Origin: an uncultured bacterium
Lineage (GTDB): Bacteria > Fidelibacterota > Marinisomatia > Marinisomatales > JACNKV01
Assembly: GCA_964388155.1 (NCBI GenBank)
Contig: CAYLYH010000002.1
Coordinates: forward strand, 9,887 to 73,886
DNA: 64,000 bases
Reading direction: 5' to 3'
Under the pieces are notes generated by a model that saw nothing but the letters and a program-made list of their open reading frames with translations, was not told the DNA's origin and did not search any database. Positions 44,756 through 54,682 of this stretch are shown in pieces. The first letter of the stretch is position 1. Each line of letters begins with the position of its first letter. The position numbers and the translations under genes were made by a program.

Positions 44756-45916
44756 TTATCTGTTTCGTATCCACTCCTCGGTGAATTTAGCATGCATGAT
44801 CGTTTTGCCGATTGAATTTCGATGGGTGTAGGTCACATGAATCACACCATCCACTGTTTGGATCACAGAGGGATATCCATAAGATTCATTAGGTGACTTA
44901 CCGATATAGCGCTCCCATTTCCACGTTTGACCTTCATCATCGGATAAAGCCGCAGCAAAACTTCGACGATTATCCTCCGTATCGTTATAAAGCATCAACC
45001 AATGTCCGTTTTTAAGGACGATCACTTCAAGACTTGAACCCGGATTCAGGATATCAGTATCTTCAGCAAAAGACCATGTATCGCCATTGTCAGTTGAGAC
45101 ACTTTTCATTGCTCGATACGGCAGACTTCCGGAGTCACGTAAGTAGGCAACCAGCGTACCGTCTGACTTACGAACGATGGTTGGTTGTATCGGACCTAAC
45201 CCCACAATCGGAGAACTCGCACTCCAGGATTTGCCGACATCATCACTAATCGCCACTAAGGATACATTAAATCCGTCAGAGTACAGAGGGAGTAAAATAC
45301 GTCCGCTGGATAATACGGTGGGATGTATTCTAGTCATCCATCCTTTTTGGCGTTTTTCTTTATCTTCAGAAGCCTCAATAATCATCTGGCTGTACGGCAG
45401 AGCATATTCCGCCCACATTGGTTCATCCACATTTTTCTTGAAAGCGTGTTTAATGGCATTATGAAATCTTTCCCCAGGCGTCAGTACAATGATATCTTGC
45501 CAATTCCAAATTGGAGAACCGTCTTTTTGATAATCGGTTGACGTTTTATATCTGAGGATGGAGTTTTCCCAACCGTTGGCGCGTACTGCAATCCAAAACA
45601 ACCATAATTGCTCATTTTCGTCGATAAACAGAACCGGATTACAGTCCGGCAAATTAGGTGTGTCCGCCATAACAAACACCGAACTCCATACCGTTTCTCC
45701 TTTTTTTAATCTAGCTCCTTGAACCTGCACATCATTCGCAGTTCGTTCACCCGATCCATAGAACCAGCAAGCCAGCAAATCGCCGTTTGGCTGTTCAATA
45801 ATACTGCTGCCGTGCGCATGCTTTTCCTGAAAAGGGAATATTGGTTGTTGAACGATCTGTGACAATAGTGGCGTTATAGTTACTAATGCCATAAGAATTC
45901 GATATGATTTATTCAT
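44756..45916 (-). CDS. BNR/Asp-box sialidase-like beta-propeller protein (BNR_2)
   Basis: HAHGSSI, DCNPVLF, Asp-boxes SDDVGKSW, STDNGDTW, SDDEGQTW, and YGYPSV. Confidence 0.85.
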   Translation of the reverse strand: MNKSYRILMALVTITPLLSQIVQQPIFPFQEKHAHGSSIIEQPNGDLLACWFYGSGERTANDVQVQGARLKKGETVWSSVFVMADTPNLPDCNPVLFIDENEQLWLFWIAVRANGWENSILRYKTSTDYQKDGSPIWNWQDIIVLTPGERFHNAIKHAFKKNVDEPMWAEYALPYSQMIIEASEDKEKRQKGWMTRIHPTVLSSGRILLPLYSDGFNVSLVAISDDVGKSWSASSPIVGLGPIQPTIVRKSDGTLVAYLRDSGSLPYRAMKSVSTDNGDTWSFAEDTDILNPGSSLEVIVLKNGHWLMLYNDTEDNRRSFAAALSDDEGQTWKWERYIGKSPNESYGYPSVIQTVDGVIHVTYTHRNSIGKTIMHAKFTEEWIRNR

Positions 45917-45937
45917 AATATCCTCATACGGTTTTGA

Positions 45938-48292
45938 TTATTCGGCAATAAACCCATGATAAAGCCCCATATAATACGGAAGTAAGAACACGGTTCCTGT
46001 TGATAGATTTTGTCCGTTACCGCCTGTGGTCAAATCCCAAGGATCGTGATTCCAATGGTTCACATGGCTTTCATCCACCGGAAATACTTTCCCATTTACA
46101 CGGTATCCTTTTCTTGAATTATCTTCGCGGTCAAATGTACGGTTCCAATGATGAAGTTTTTGCAGATCGATTCGATGATTATTGGAATGTCGCCAATCAA
46201 ATCTATCCAATGGAAAGCGAATCAATGTTTCAACAGACTCTTCCAGCCATTCTTCATGAGGTTCAAGGTCATATGTCCCCCAAGCATCGGTGAAATCTTG
46301 CCCGGAGGTGGCTGCCCTAAAGGCAAAATTAAAGAACGGATTCAATTCCGGTACTTCTAACATCCAATTCATATACATCGAAAACGAGTAGCGGGATTTT
46401 AATTCGGAGTCAGTCTCGTACTTGATTAAATGATAATAATTCATGAACGCCATTTCATCATCAGAATGGTTCCCTGTCCCTACACCGCGATTAAATTTCA
46501 TATCCGTCATATTTTGGGCGTAGCCATGTTCTTCGATTAGCATATCCGATATTTCACGATATCTTTTATCACCGGTCATGTGATAGGTAATCGCCAAATA
46601 GGATAACATACTTAGGGAATTTAATCCGCGCTCCACAAACCAGTTTTTGTCATGATTCAACTCATAGGGGTTAAACCGAGCCCAGCGGGTTGGTCTTCCG
46701 TCATGGTCAACCAGTTGAAAATCATGATCGATTAAATGATCCGTAAGCTTTTTCACATGAGACCGAACTCGCGATTTTTCTTCTTCGGTATCAGCAACCA
46801 GATCATAATACAGCCCGTAAAGAAAATAATGCCCGTCCAACTCATCGGAGCTGGTATCAGTTTTGTAATACCACTTCCCTGTTTTGTTTTTTGGCCATCT
46901 ATTTTCATAAACTTTCCATAGCTTATCATTGTTTTTTTTATTTCGGATATCGTCCTCAACCCGACCGATGTTAGGGTCATGACCGCTGGTGGGTAAGATG
47001 GTTCTGGCTACAAATCCCGGTGGCGGTGATATCAGCGCATCCTGTGTCACATCACCAAGAAATTTCAATGCGTCAAATGCTTTCTTTGCCCGTGCTTTTG
47101 CTTTAGGATCTTTTGTAGCTGCATAGGCAAAACATTCTCCTGCGCCGTACATCCCCGTCCATAATCCGTCATTATCACTATCATGTTGAATCCATTCAGA
47201 TTTGTCCCCGGAGATAGGAATTGTTACATCCAATACGTATTCGTACGGTGTACGACGGTGATAACGGTCTATTTCATCTTCATACCATTTTGCTTTTTCA
47301 GCCAGTGTCATTGTTTTATGGTATATGTTACCGATACCATCAGACGTGGCAATCCATGCACTCCCATCGGATGAAACGGCAATGTCAATCACTTCATCAT
47401 TTGGCAACCATCGTTTCCCCTGACGATATTCCCAGATTTCCCCGTCAAAATGGATGGCACCTTTATACGTACCAAACCATACATCACCATCAATACCTGC
47501 TGCCATTTTAGTAAAATCATTATAGGGTAAACCGTCTTTCCCCTCAAAGAGTGTCCAAACGTCGTCAAGAACTCCAGTTCCCTGCGGACTCGCAAACCAT
47601 AATCGATCTTTGGTATCAACCATCACACTACGACAATCATTAACTGCCCAGCTTCTGACACCGTCATCCGGTATAATTCGCACCCATTCCTTATTACTTT
47701 TACTGTGTTTGTAAATTCCGTTTTCAGTCGCAATAAAAATATTATTCTTTTTTGCTACGGCAATTTGACGGATCTCTTTGGCTGGGATGTCAAATCTCAT
47801 AACAGATTTTTTCCACCCGCTAGAAGTTGGTTTGATGGCATAAAGCTGTTCAACGCCGCTTAAGAGTATCCGTTTATCGAATGCCATATCACCACCCGTC
47901 ACAGGGACTTTCATTTTTTTCGGTAGAGTTAATTTATCGATGATTTTTCCTGTATGATCCAGAATGAAAATTTTACCACCCCGGGCTATTGAGGTGGATT
48001 CTGCTGAATAGACTGCAAGTTTATTCCCTTTGACAGCAAGATACCATATTTTCTTTCCTTCTAACTCCGGAACAGGAGTCCACTTATCTTCAGAAAACAC
48101 AGATAATCCGTTTTCGGTTCCGACATAGATGTTTCCATTTCTTGTGTTAGCTATGGTATTAATGTGGTTACTTGATAGCCCATCTTCAACTGTGTGAAAT
48201 GTCCGCAATTCCTGAGCAAACTCTTTAATGTGGATTTCTTCAGCTAATCCTGCAGTTATTGAAAGCAGTAATATTAATCCTATCTGGCGCAT
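45938..48292 (-). CDS. Uncharacterised secreted protein: Reg_prop-type beta-propeller plus helical C-terminal domain (DTSSDE family)
   Basis: DGLSSNHI / DGLPYND / WLPNDEV propeller repeats, then DSDNDGLWTGMY, KTDTSSDELDGH, FLLPYYMGLYHGFI. Paralog of 51380..53644. Confidence 0.7.
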   Translation of the reverse strand: MRQIGLILLLSITAGLAEEIHIKEFAQELRTFHTVEDGLSSNHINTIANTRNGNIYVGTENGLSVFSEDKWTPVPELEGKKIWYLAVKGNKLAVYSAESTSIARGGKIFILDHTGKIIDKLTLPKKMKVPVTGGDMAFDKRILLSGVEQLYAIKPTSSGWKKSVMRFDIPAKEIRQIAVAKKNNIFIATENGIYKHSKSNKEWVRIIPDDGVRSWAVNDCRSVMVDTKDRLWFASPQGTGVLDDVWTLFEGKDGLPYNDFTKMAAGIDGDVWFGTYKGAIHFDGEIWEYRQGKRWLPNDEVIDIAVSSDGSAWIATSDGIGNIYHKTMTLAEKAKWYEDEIDRYHRRTPYEYVLDVTIPISGDKSEWIQHDSDNDGLWTGMYGAGECFAYAATKDPKAKARAKKAFDALKFLGDVTQDALISPPPGFVARTILPTSGHDPNIGRVEDDIRNKKNNDKLWKVYENRWPKNKTGKWYYKTDTSSDELDGHYFLYGLYYDLVADTEEEKSRVRSHVKKLTDHLIDHDFQLVDHDGRPTRWARFNPYELNHDKNWFVERGLNSLSMLSYLAITYHMTGDKRYREISDMLIEEHGYAQNMTDMKFNRGVGTGNHSDDEMAFMNYYHLIKYETDSELKSRYSFSMYMNWMLEVPELNPFFNFAFRAATSGQDFTDAWGTYDLEPHEEWLEESVETLIRFPLDRFDWRHSNNHRIDLQKLHHWNRTFDREDNSRKGYRVNGKVFPVDESHVNHWNHDPWDLTTGGNGQNLSTGTVFLLPYYMGLYHGFIAE

Positions 48293-48339
48293 TTCTTCTC
48301 CTTGAGTGTTATTTTGTTCAAATTTAAGTCTTTCTTAAC

Positions 48340-51300
48340 CTAATCTTTAACCACGATTTTTATTGTTTGAATTGCAAATGGATTAAAATTTAATCGAATC
48401 TCATTTTGGCATATTGGTATATTAGTTATTGGTTCTTCCATTAAATTAGTCAATTCTGCAGATTGTATATCTACTCCAAATTTAAGACTTGCTTCTGCGT
48501 TTTTACCTTCGGATTCATACATCCTGACAACAATACTTTCATTTTCTTCAGATCTTTTTACCGCATCTACAATGATGTTATTCTTATCCGGCTTTACAAA
48601 AGCCCAGTTTGACGGAATGCTTCCATCATGTGGTTTTTCCAGATGATAACTTAACGGAACGTTCAATTCGTATCCGGCATGCACGACATTTCCGTCAATA
48701 TGATTCCCATAATGCGGATACAAGGCATAAGTAAATTTATGTTCTGCCCGATCGGCGGTTGGATCCGGCCATGACGAACTTCTAAGCAGGTTGATATCTA
48801 AAATATTTCCCTCGACAAAATGGCCATATTTACAATCGTTCAACAAAGCAACCCCATAATCCGGCTGAGACAGATCGATCCATTTATGAGCAGATATTTC
48901 AAACTGTCTCAGTTCCCAATCGGTATTATTATGGTTCGGGCGCTTAACATAGCCGTACTGAATTTCGGCTGTGGATTCATTCGTATGAATATCCACAGGA
49001 AAAGCAGTTCGAAGCATTTTTCCGTTTTCCTGCCAATCCACTTGAGTAATAAATTCAATCTTTCTGCTCCCTGCGGTTAAAATGATATCCTGATCAAGTA
49101 CGGATTCTCCAAATTTCTTAGTCTGCCGCATAATTGCTTTAGGTCCGTCAACAAATACTGATGATTCCACCAATTCAAACCGACCCATAACTCGGTGCCT
49201 ATAATCGGTGGAAAAATCCCAGGCATCGCCGTCATCATCACCATAAACTGTGAGGTCATTCCCGTTTTTTCCGGAATATAAAACTTCCCTGCCATACTTC
49301 TTATCAAAGATCGAAGCAATTTTACCATTTTGATGAAACACAACTTTTAAAATATCATTTTCAAGCAAGTTGTCTTTGGCAAGTATGTTCGGGATACTCC
49401 GCTCATCGCTGATGTTTTCAGTAACGGCATGCCCCATAGATGGGACTGAAACCAGCTGCCACTTCTCATTTATTTTCAGCCATTCCCGGCGATCCCATGA
49501 AAGTGTATTGTGCACCACAACTGGATTACGATACTCCTTTGTGTTAATTTTATCATTAACAGATGCTGTGGATAATACCGTTAAAATTTTGGTTTCATTC
49601 ATTAGTACTTTATAACGTTCCAGCGATTCATCATAGACACGTTTGATAGATGATCCGGGAATGATATCATGGAATTGATATAGCAACACCTCTTTCCAAA
49701 TTAGTTCGTATTTTTCCGCAGGATAATCAGACTTGGAAATGATTTGTGCAAGAGCCGATTTAAACTCCGCATCTCTAAGGGAAAATTCCATTTTTCGATT
49801 AAAACGTTTATTTCTTGCTTGAGTTGTGTATGTCCCCTGGTGAAACCCTAAATACAACTCTCCCACCCAAGTGTGATACAAATGAGCATTTCTTTCTAAA
49901 CGCTCAAAGAATTTTTCTACAAATTCCTGTTTTACCGGTGCCATCCCATTTAGGTTCTTTGATCGCTTCAACCTTTCTAAATGATCGGTTCCGGGTCCAC
50001 CACCACCGTCTCCGATCCCGAACAGCATTAAGAAATTATTTGATACATCTTTATCCTGATACTCACGTTCGCCTTTCAATATTGCTCTTGGAGCAGCCGG
50101 GCCGTTGTATGTCGCTTCGGGCGGCATATGCACTAATACTTTTGACCCGTCAATTCCCTGCCAATGAAATGTTTCATGCGGATATTTTACATATTTATCC
50201 CATGATAATTTGGTAGTAACAAAGTAGTCTATTCCGGATTTTTTCATAATTTGTGGTAAAGCTCCGGAATATCCAAATACATCCGGTAAAAATAGATTGG
50301 TCGGTACTTGTCCGAATTCGTCCTGGAAATATTTCTTTCCGTATAAAAATTGTCGCACCAATGACTCTCCGCTTGGAACATTTGTATCTGCCTCCACCCA
50401 CATTCCACCTAATATTTCCCACCGTTTGTCAGCCACCGCTTTTTTTATTCCAGAGTACAATTTCGGGTAGTGGATTTTCATCCATTGATAAAGCTGTGGT
50501 TGACTGGCGCCGAACAAATATTCTGGATATTCAGCCATCATAGCCAGCACGTGTGAAAAAGTTCGAGCTCCCTTTCTAACTGTTTCGCGAATGGGCCATA
50601 ACCATGCCAAATCTATATGGGCATGCCCTAAAGCGCTCACACGAAGCGGATAATCCCCATTTTCCTTGGATAGCTCTACTTGTAAATGTTGCTGGGCTCG
50701 ATCAACTGCCTCTTTGGTAAAATCAACCAGTTCAGCCATAGTCTTATGCATCGAATTGAGAATTTGTCTATAACGGGCAGAGTCTTGTGGTAAGTTTTGC
50801 CATAAATCATAGAGGACTTCGTAATCATAATATAATGCTTCGATATTCCTGTGATGTATCGCAATATAGGCTTCCTTCAATTCGCCACTGTTTTTCAAAT
50901 TCCCAAAGAGATCGTTATTCCCGACATCAGCCCAAATATCGATAGCATCACCTCCGGCTGCATTCGTTATAAACGGGACTACCTTTTTTACGGCTTTTCC
51001 TTCATAAGGATTTCCGAATTGAGTCGCAGTAGTTGTCAAACACAACTTAGGTATGCCGTTCCCATCTACCACATTGGCTTCTCCATTTAGGTCGATTACC
51101 AGTGATATGGTTTTCCCTTTTACAGATTTTGGGACCGTTCCGCAGAACCGCATCCAGGCACAGTCAAATAAATCTCCCCACCTATCCCCCTTTTGCAACT
51201 TTATTTTCTCTCCGGACATTCGCTCAAGATATGAAACCGGTTCTTTGGTTTTCCAGGCTGTCAAATCTAAGTCGACTACATGAGTAAATATATTCTCTTG

Positions 51301-51366
51301 GATTCGTCCAAGAATTTTATCCAGACGATCTAAAACAGGTTGCGTGGTTTGAAGATTCATCTTCAT
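48340..51366 (-). CDS. GH38 alpha-mannosidase (bacterial/cytosolic Man2C1-AMS1 type)
   Basis: Zn ligands LGHAHIDLAWLW, nucleophile FLPDVFGYS, GIGDGGGGP, ELYLGFHQGTYTTQ, QFHDIIPGSSI. No signal peptide. Confidence 0.93.
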   Translation of the reverse strand: MKMNLQTTQPVLDRLDKILGRIQENIFTHVVDLDLTAWKTKEPVSYLERMSGEKIKLQKGDRWGDLFDCAWMRFCGTVPKSVKGKTISLVIDLNGEANVVDGNGIPKLCLTTTATQFGNPYEGKAVKKVVPFITNAAGGDAIDIWADVGNNDLFGNLKNSGELKEAYIAIHHRNIEALYYDYEVLYDLWQNLPQDSARYRQILNSMHKTMAELVDFTKEAVDRAQQHLQVELSKENGDYPLRVSALGHAHIDLAWLWPIRETVRKGARTFSHVLAMMAEYPEYLFGASQPQLYQWMKIHYPKLYSGIKKAVADKRWEILGGMWVEADTNVPSGESLVRQFLYGKKYFQDEFGQVPTNLFLPDVFGYSGALPQIMKKSGIDYFVTTKLSWDKYVKYPHETFHWQGIDGSKVLVHMPPEATYNGPAAPRAILKGEREYQDKDVSNNFLMLFGIGDGGGGPGTDHLERLKRSKNLNGMAPVKQEFVEKFFERLERNAHLYHTWVGELYLGFHQGTYTTQARNKRFNRKMEFSLRDAEFKSALAQIISKSDYPAEKYELIWKEVLLYQFHDIIPGSSIKRVYDESLERYKVLMNETKILTVLSTASVNDKINTKEYRNPVVVHNTLSWDRREWLKINEKWQLVSVPSMGHAVTENISDERSIPNILAKDNLLENDILKVVFHQNGKIASIFDKKYGREVLYSGKNGNDLTVYGDDDGDAWDFSTDYRHRVMGRFELVESSVFVDGPKAIMRQTKKFGESVLDQDIILTAGSRKIEFITQVDWQENGKMLRTAFPVDIHTNESTAEIQYGYVKRPNHNNTDWELRQFEISAHKWIDLSQPDYGVALLNDCKYGHFVEGNILDINLLRSSSWPDPTADRAEHKFTYALYPHYGNHIDGNVVHAGYELNVPLSYHLEKPHDGSIPSNWAFVKPDKNNIIVDAVKRSEENESIVVRMYESEGKNAEASLKFGVDIQSAELTNLMEEPITNIPICQNEIRLNFNPFAIQTIKIVVKD

Positions 51367-51379
51367 AGGGCTTTCTAAT

Positions 51380-53644
51380 CTATTCTCCTATGTATCCATA
51401 GTACCGACCCATCCAATAAGGAAGTAGCCAAAATACGCCACTGCTTTCTACTTTGCCATAGTGTCCTTGATCAGCTATCCATGGATTATCATCCCAGCGA
51501 ACAACTCCTCGTTCAGATGGCGGTAGTAATCGTGCTGTCTGTATTTCTTCTATTTCAGGATAACGGGTAAATCTGACATCTTCACGTCCGGAATTATTCA
51601 CTCTCCAATGGATCAAATCCAGGGGAGCATCTTGTAAAAAATGAATAGATTGGTCAAGATTAGGATTTTCATCGGTACACATTCCATAGATAAAATTAAA
51701 AAATGAACTTTGATCATTTTCGACGGCATGATACCATCGATCCAGACTTTCCCGGTAGATATTTTTTAAGTACGGATCATCTTCTTTCAGCAGCAGGCAA
51801 GGATAAGCCAAAGCTAACAATTCATCATCTATGTGCGTTCGCCAAGACGGATTCAGCGATTTAGCTGTCTTTGTATTTTCTGCATAACCGTGTTCATGAA
51901 TCAATTTAAGGTATTCATCCTGATAACGTTCTTCACCTGAGACATAATATGCCAGTTTTAAGAATGAGAGAATTTCAACGGAGTTAATACCGCGGTCTGC
52001 CTTCCAATCCGGGTCATCATTCAATTTCTCCGGAGACCAAACAGCCCACCGAGTATGTGTCCCGTCAATATCTTTTAGTACAAATCCACTATCAATGATA
52101 TAGTCGACAATTTTGCGGATGTGCTCACGAATATCCGTTTTTTCTTCATCGTTTGCTACTAAATCATAATATAGAAAATAGCCGTACATATGCCCGGTAA
52201 TTTCATCACTGCTGGTATCGCCTTTCCACCACCATTTACCGTTTTGGGATTTACGCCACAATGTTGCCCTGGTCCGCTTTGCCCTTGGATCTCCGACTCT
52301 TTCCGAAGCCCAATCCTGATCGGTTATCCGTCTGTTTTTTTCTTCGATGTTTTTCCACGTAGACGGAATGACCGACCGGGCTACAAATCCATTCGTACTG
52401 GTGACAGTTTGCAGAAATTTCATTGCTGCATAGGCTTTATCGGCATTTTCCTTCGCTTCGGGGTCACCGGTATCCGCATAACGATAGGATTCCATTGCCA
52501 AATACATCCCGGTATATTGTCCGTCATTGTCATTTTCTAACGGCTGCCAAGATGATAAGTCACCCGGCTCAGACAGAAGACATTTTTCTACCAAATAAGG
52601 TTCACGAACATGCCTGGAGTAACATTTATCAAGAATCTCATCGGACTTTTCTTTTAGCGTCATCAAATTCTGCTTTATGATGCTAATCCCCTTGTCGGTA
52701 GCAATTAAGGCATTTCCCTCATCATCAAATATTATATCATTTACTTTATCGTCAAGCAACCAGCGTTTACTACGTCGCACAGACCATGATCCATTATAAA
52801 ACCGCGCTACACCTTTATCTGTCCCTACCCATATTTTTCCATCAGGACTACTTTCCACCACATTCACTGAAGCCGATGGTAATCCTTTTCTAGGCGTGTA
52901 ATGGTTGATTCTTTTACCTTCAGAGTGAACCGTGATGCCGCCCAATCCGCCAATCCAAAATTTATTATTTCCAACATACGCCATATCACGAATATCTGCG
53001 CTGAGAAGTTCTTTCTTATCCTGAATTAGAGCGTAACTTGCTCCATTATAGCGATATAAACCTATCCCGGTTGCAATCCATAATTTATTGTTATATTGTT
53101 TTACCGAGCGGATATTTTTAGAAATCGGAAGTTCGGTAAACGACCATTCTTCATTAGAACATTTCCACTGACCGTCGGGTCCATAAGCATGAATGACCCC
53201 GTTAAGTTCCGCAATTGCAGCGATTGGGGAATGAATATTCTCAACTTTGGTTAACTCTTTTTGGCTTAGTTCGTAAATTCCATTCCATGACCCAATTAGC
53301 AGTGTTCCTTTTGAAGATATAAAAAGATCAAAAACCGGACCTTTATTAGCAGACTCAAATAGGTTTGTCCAAATATTTTTCTCGAAATCATGCTGGTAAA
53401 AACCGGTTTTTGTCCCGCAAAAATATTGATTATTGAATTCCATTATAGTTAATACACATTCACCGTCATTTGAAATAGTATGTGGTTCATGCCATTCTTG
53501 TGTAAAAGGAATATCATAAACAGGAACATTCTCGGAAACTTCCTTAGTGCTGCAGCCTAGCAGAGTAAGCATTGAAGCAAGTAACATAAAAACAGTTATT
53601 TTACGTATTATCTCGACACCACGCTGAAAAAGAATAATAATCAT
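51380..53644 (-). CDS. Uncharacterised lipoprotein: beta-propeller plus helical C-terminal domain (DTSSDE family)
   Basis: Lipobox LLGC. KGLPSASV / WLLDDKV repeats. ENDNDGQYTGMY, KGDTSSDEITGH, WLLPYWMGRYYGYI. Exact start uncertain. Confidence 0.7.
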   Translation of the reverse strand: MIIILFQRGVEIIRKITVFMLLASMLTLLGCSTKEVSENVPVYDIPFTQEWHEPHTISNDGECVLTIMEFNNQYFCGTKTGFYQHDFEKNIWTNLFESANKGPVFDLFISSKGTLLIGSWNGIYELSQKELTKVENIHSPIAAIAELNGVIHAYGPDGQWKCSNEEWSFTELPISKNIRSVKQYNNKLWIATGIGLYRYNGASYALIQDKKELLSADIRDMAYVGNNKFWIGGLGGITVHSEGKRINHYTPRKGLPSASVNVVESSPDGKIWVGTDKGVARFYNGSWSVRRSKRWLLDDKVNDIIFDDEGNALIATDKGISIIKQNLMTLKEKSDEILDKCYSRHVREPYLVEKCLLSEPGDLSSWQPLENDNDGQYTGMYLAMESYRYADTGDPEAKENADKAYAAMKFLQTVTSTNGFVARSVIPSTWKNIEEKNRRITDQDWASERVGDPRAKRTRATLWRKSQNGKWWWKGDTSSDEITGHMYGYFLYYDLVANDEEKTDIREHIRKIVDYIIDSGFVLKDIDGTHTRWAVWSPEKLNDDPDWKADRGINSVEILSFLKLAYYVSGEERYQDEYLKLIHEHGYAENTKTAKSLNPSWRTHIDDELLALAYPCLLLKEDDPYLKNIYRESLDRWYHAVENDQSSFFNFIYGMCTDENPNLDQSIHFLQDAPLDLIHWRVNNSGREDVRFTRYPEIEEIQTARLLPPSERGVVRWDDNPWIADQGHYGKVESSGVFWLLPYWMGRYYGYIGE

Positions 53645-53664
53645 TGCTTTAATTTAACTAAACT

Positions 53665-54672
53665 ATGGAAATTATAAGATATAATATTTCACTTTCTACT
53701 AAAAATAACGGCTTTCTAATTAAAAGCAGAAATAAAGATAACAATTTGAGCACCACTTTCCATCTCCCGTCCGGGGTGTGGCCTGTCATGCTGACTCCAT
53801 TCGATCAGAATAAAAAGATCGACTGGGACGTATTGCCTTCTTTAGTCGAACACTATATTAAATCCGGAGCAGATGGACTCTTTGCTGTCTGCGGCTCAAG
53901 TGAAATGTTTGAACTATCATGGTCCGAACGTCTAATGCTGACAGAACACATTATCAAGATTGTCGATAAGAGATTACCGGTGATTGTTAGCGGCATTTTT
54001 GGGGATAATATTATTCAGCAATCTGAACACGTACATGAAATGTACGGAGTTGGTGCGAATGCAATCATATTACTGGTTAATCAGCTTGCAGGGGAAAAAG
54101 ATTCTGAGGATATCTGGATACAAAATGCCGAAGAATTATTATCCAAAACAGATGATATACCGTTAGGATTGTATGAATGCCCTTCTCCGTATCATCGACT
54201 GATTTCACCTGAATTACTAAAATGGACAAGTAGTACAAACCGATTTTATTGGATAAAAGAAACTTCTGAAAATATCGACAGTCTCAGAAATAAAATTCAT
54301 ACTGTTTCCGATTCTCGATTTCACATCTTTAATGCCGATTCCAGAATTCAGCTTGATGCTCTCCTTACCGGCGCCAAGGGTTATTGTGGAATAGCAACAA
54401 ATTATTACTCTGATCTTATAAATTGGTTAAATAACAATCACGCATCTAAACAAAAACTGGCAAAAGGTATCCAACAGTTTATGAATAAAACGCACGCAGT
54501 TATTAATCATAAATACTTATCTTCTGCAAAATATTATGCGAAAATATCCGGCGTTCCGATCAGAACAACATGCCGCTCCACGAATGAAATACTCACACAA
54601 TCAGATATTGAGCAACTAGATAATTTGAAAAACCAACACGAACATTGGCAACAAATATTAAACTTAAACTAA
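53665..54672 (+). CDS. Dihydrodipicolinate-synthase/N-acetylneuraminate-lyase (class I aldolase) family protein
   Basis: GVWPVMLTPF, DGLFAVCGSSEMFELS, Tyr in LYECPSPY, Schiff-base Lys in WIKETS. True start may be TTG 53746. Confidence 0.85.
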   Translation: MEIIRYNISLSTKNNGFLIKSRNKDNNLSTTFHLPSGVWPVMLTPFDQNKKIDWDVLPSLVEHYIKSGADGLFAVCGSSEMFELSWSERLMLTEHIIKIVDKRLPVIVSGIFGDNIIQQSEHVHEMYGVGANAIILLVNQLAGEKDSEDIWIQNAEELLSKTDDIPLGLYECPSPYHRLISPELLKWTSSTNRFYWIKETSENIDSLRNKIHTVSDSRFHIFNADSRIQLDALLTGAKGYCGIATNYYSDLINWLNNNHASKQKLAKGIQQFMNKTHAVINHKYLSSAKYYAKISGVPIRTTCRSTNEILTQSDIEQLDNLKNQHEHWQQILNLN

Positions 54673-54682
54673 GGAGAAACTA

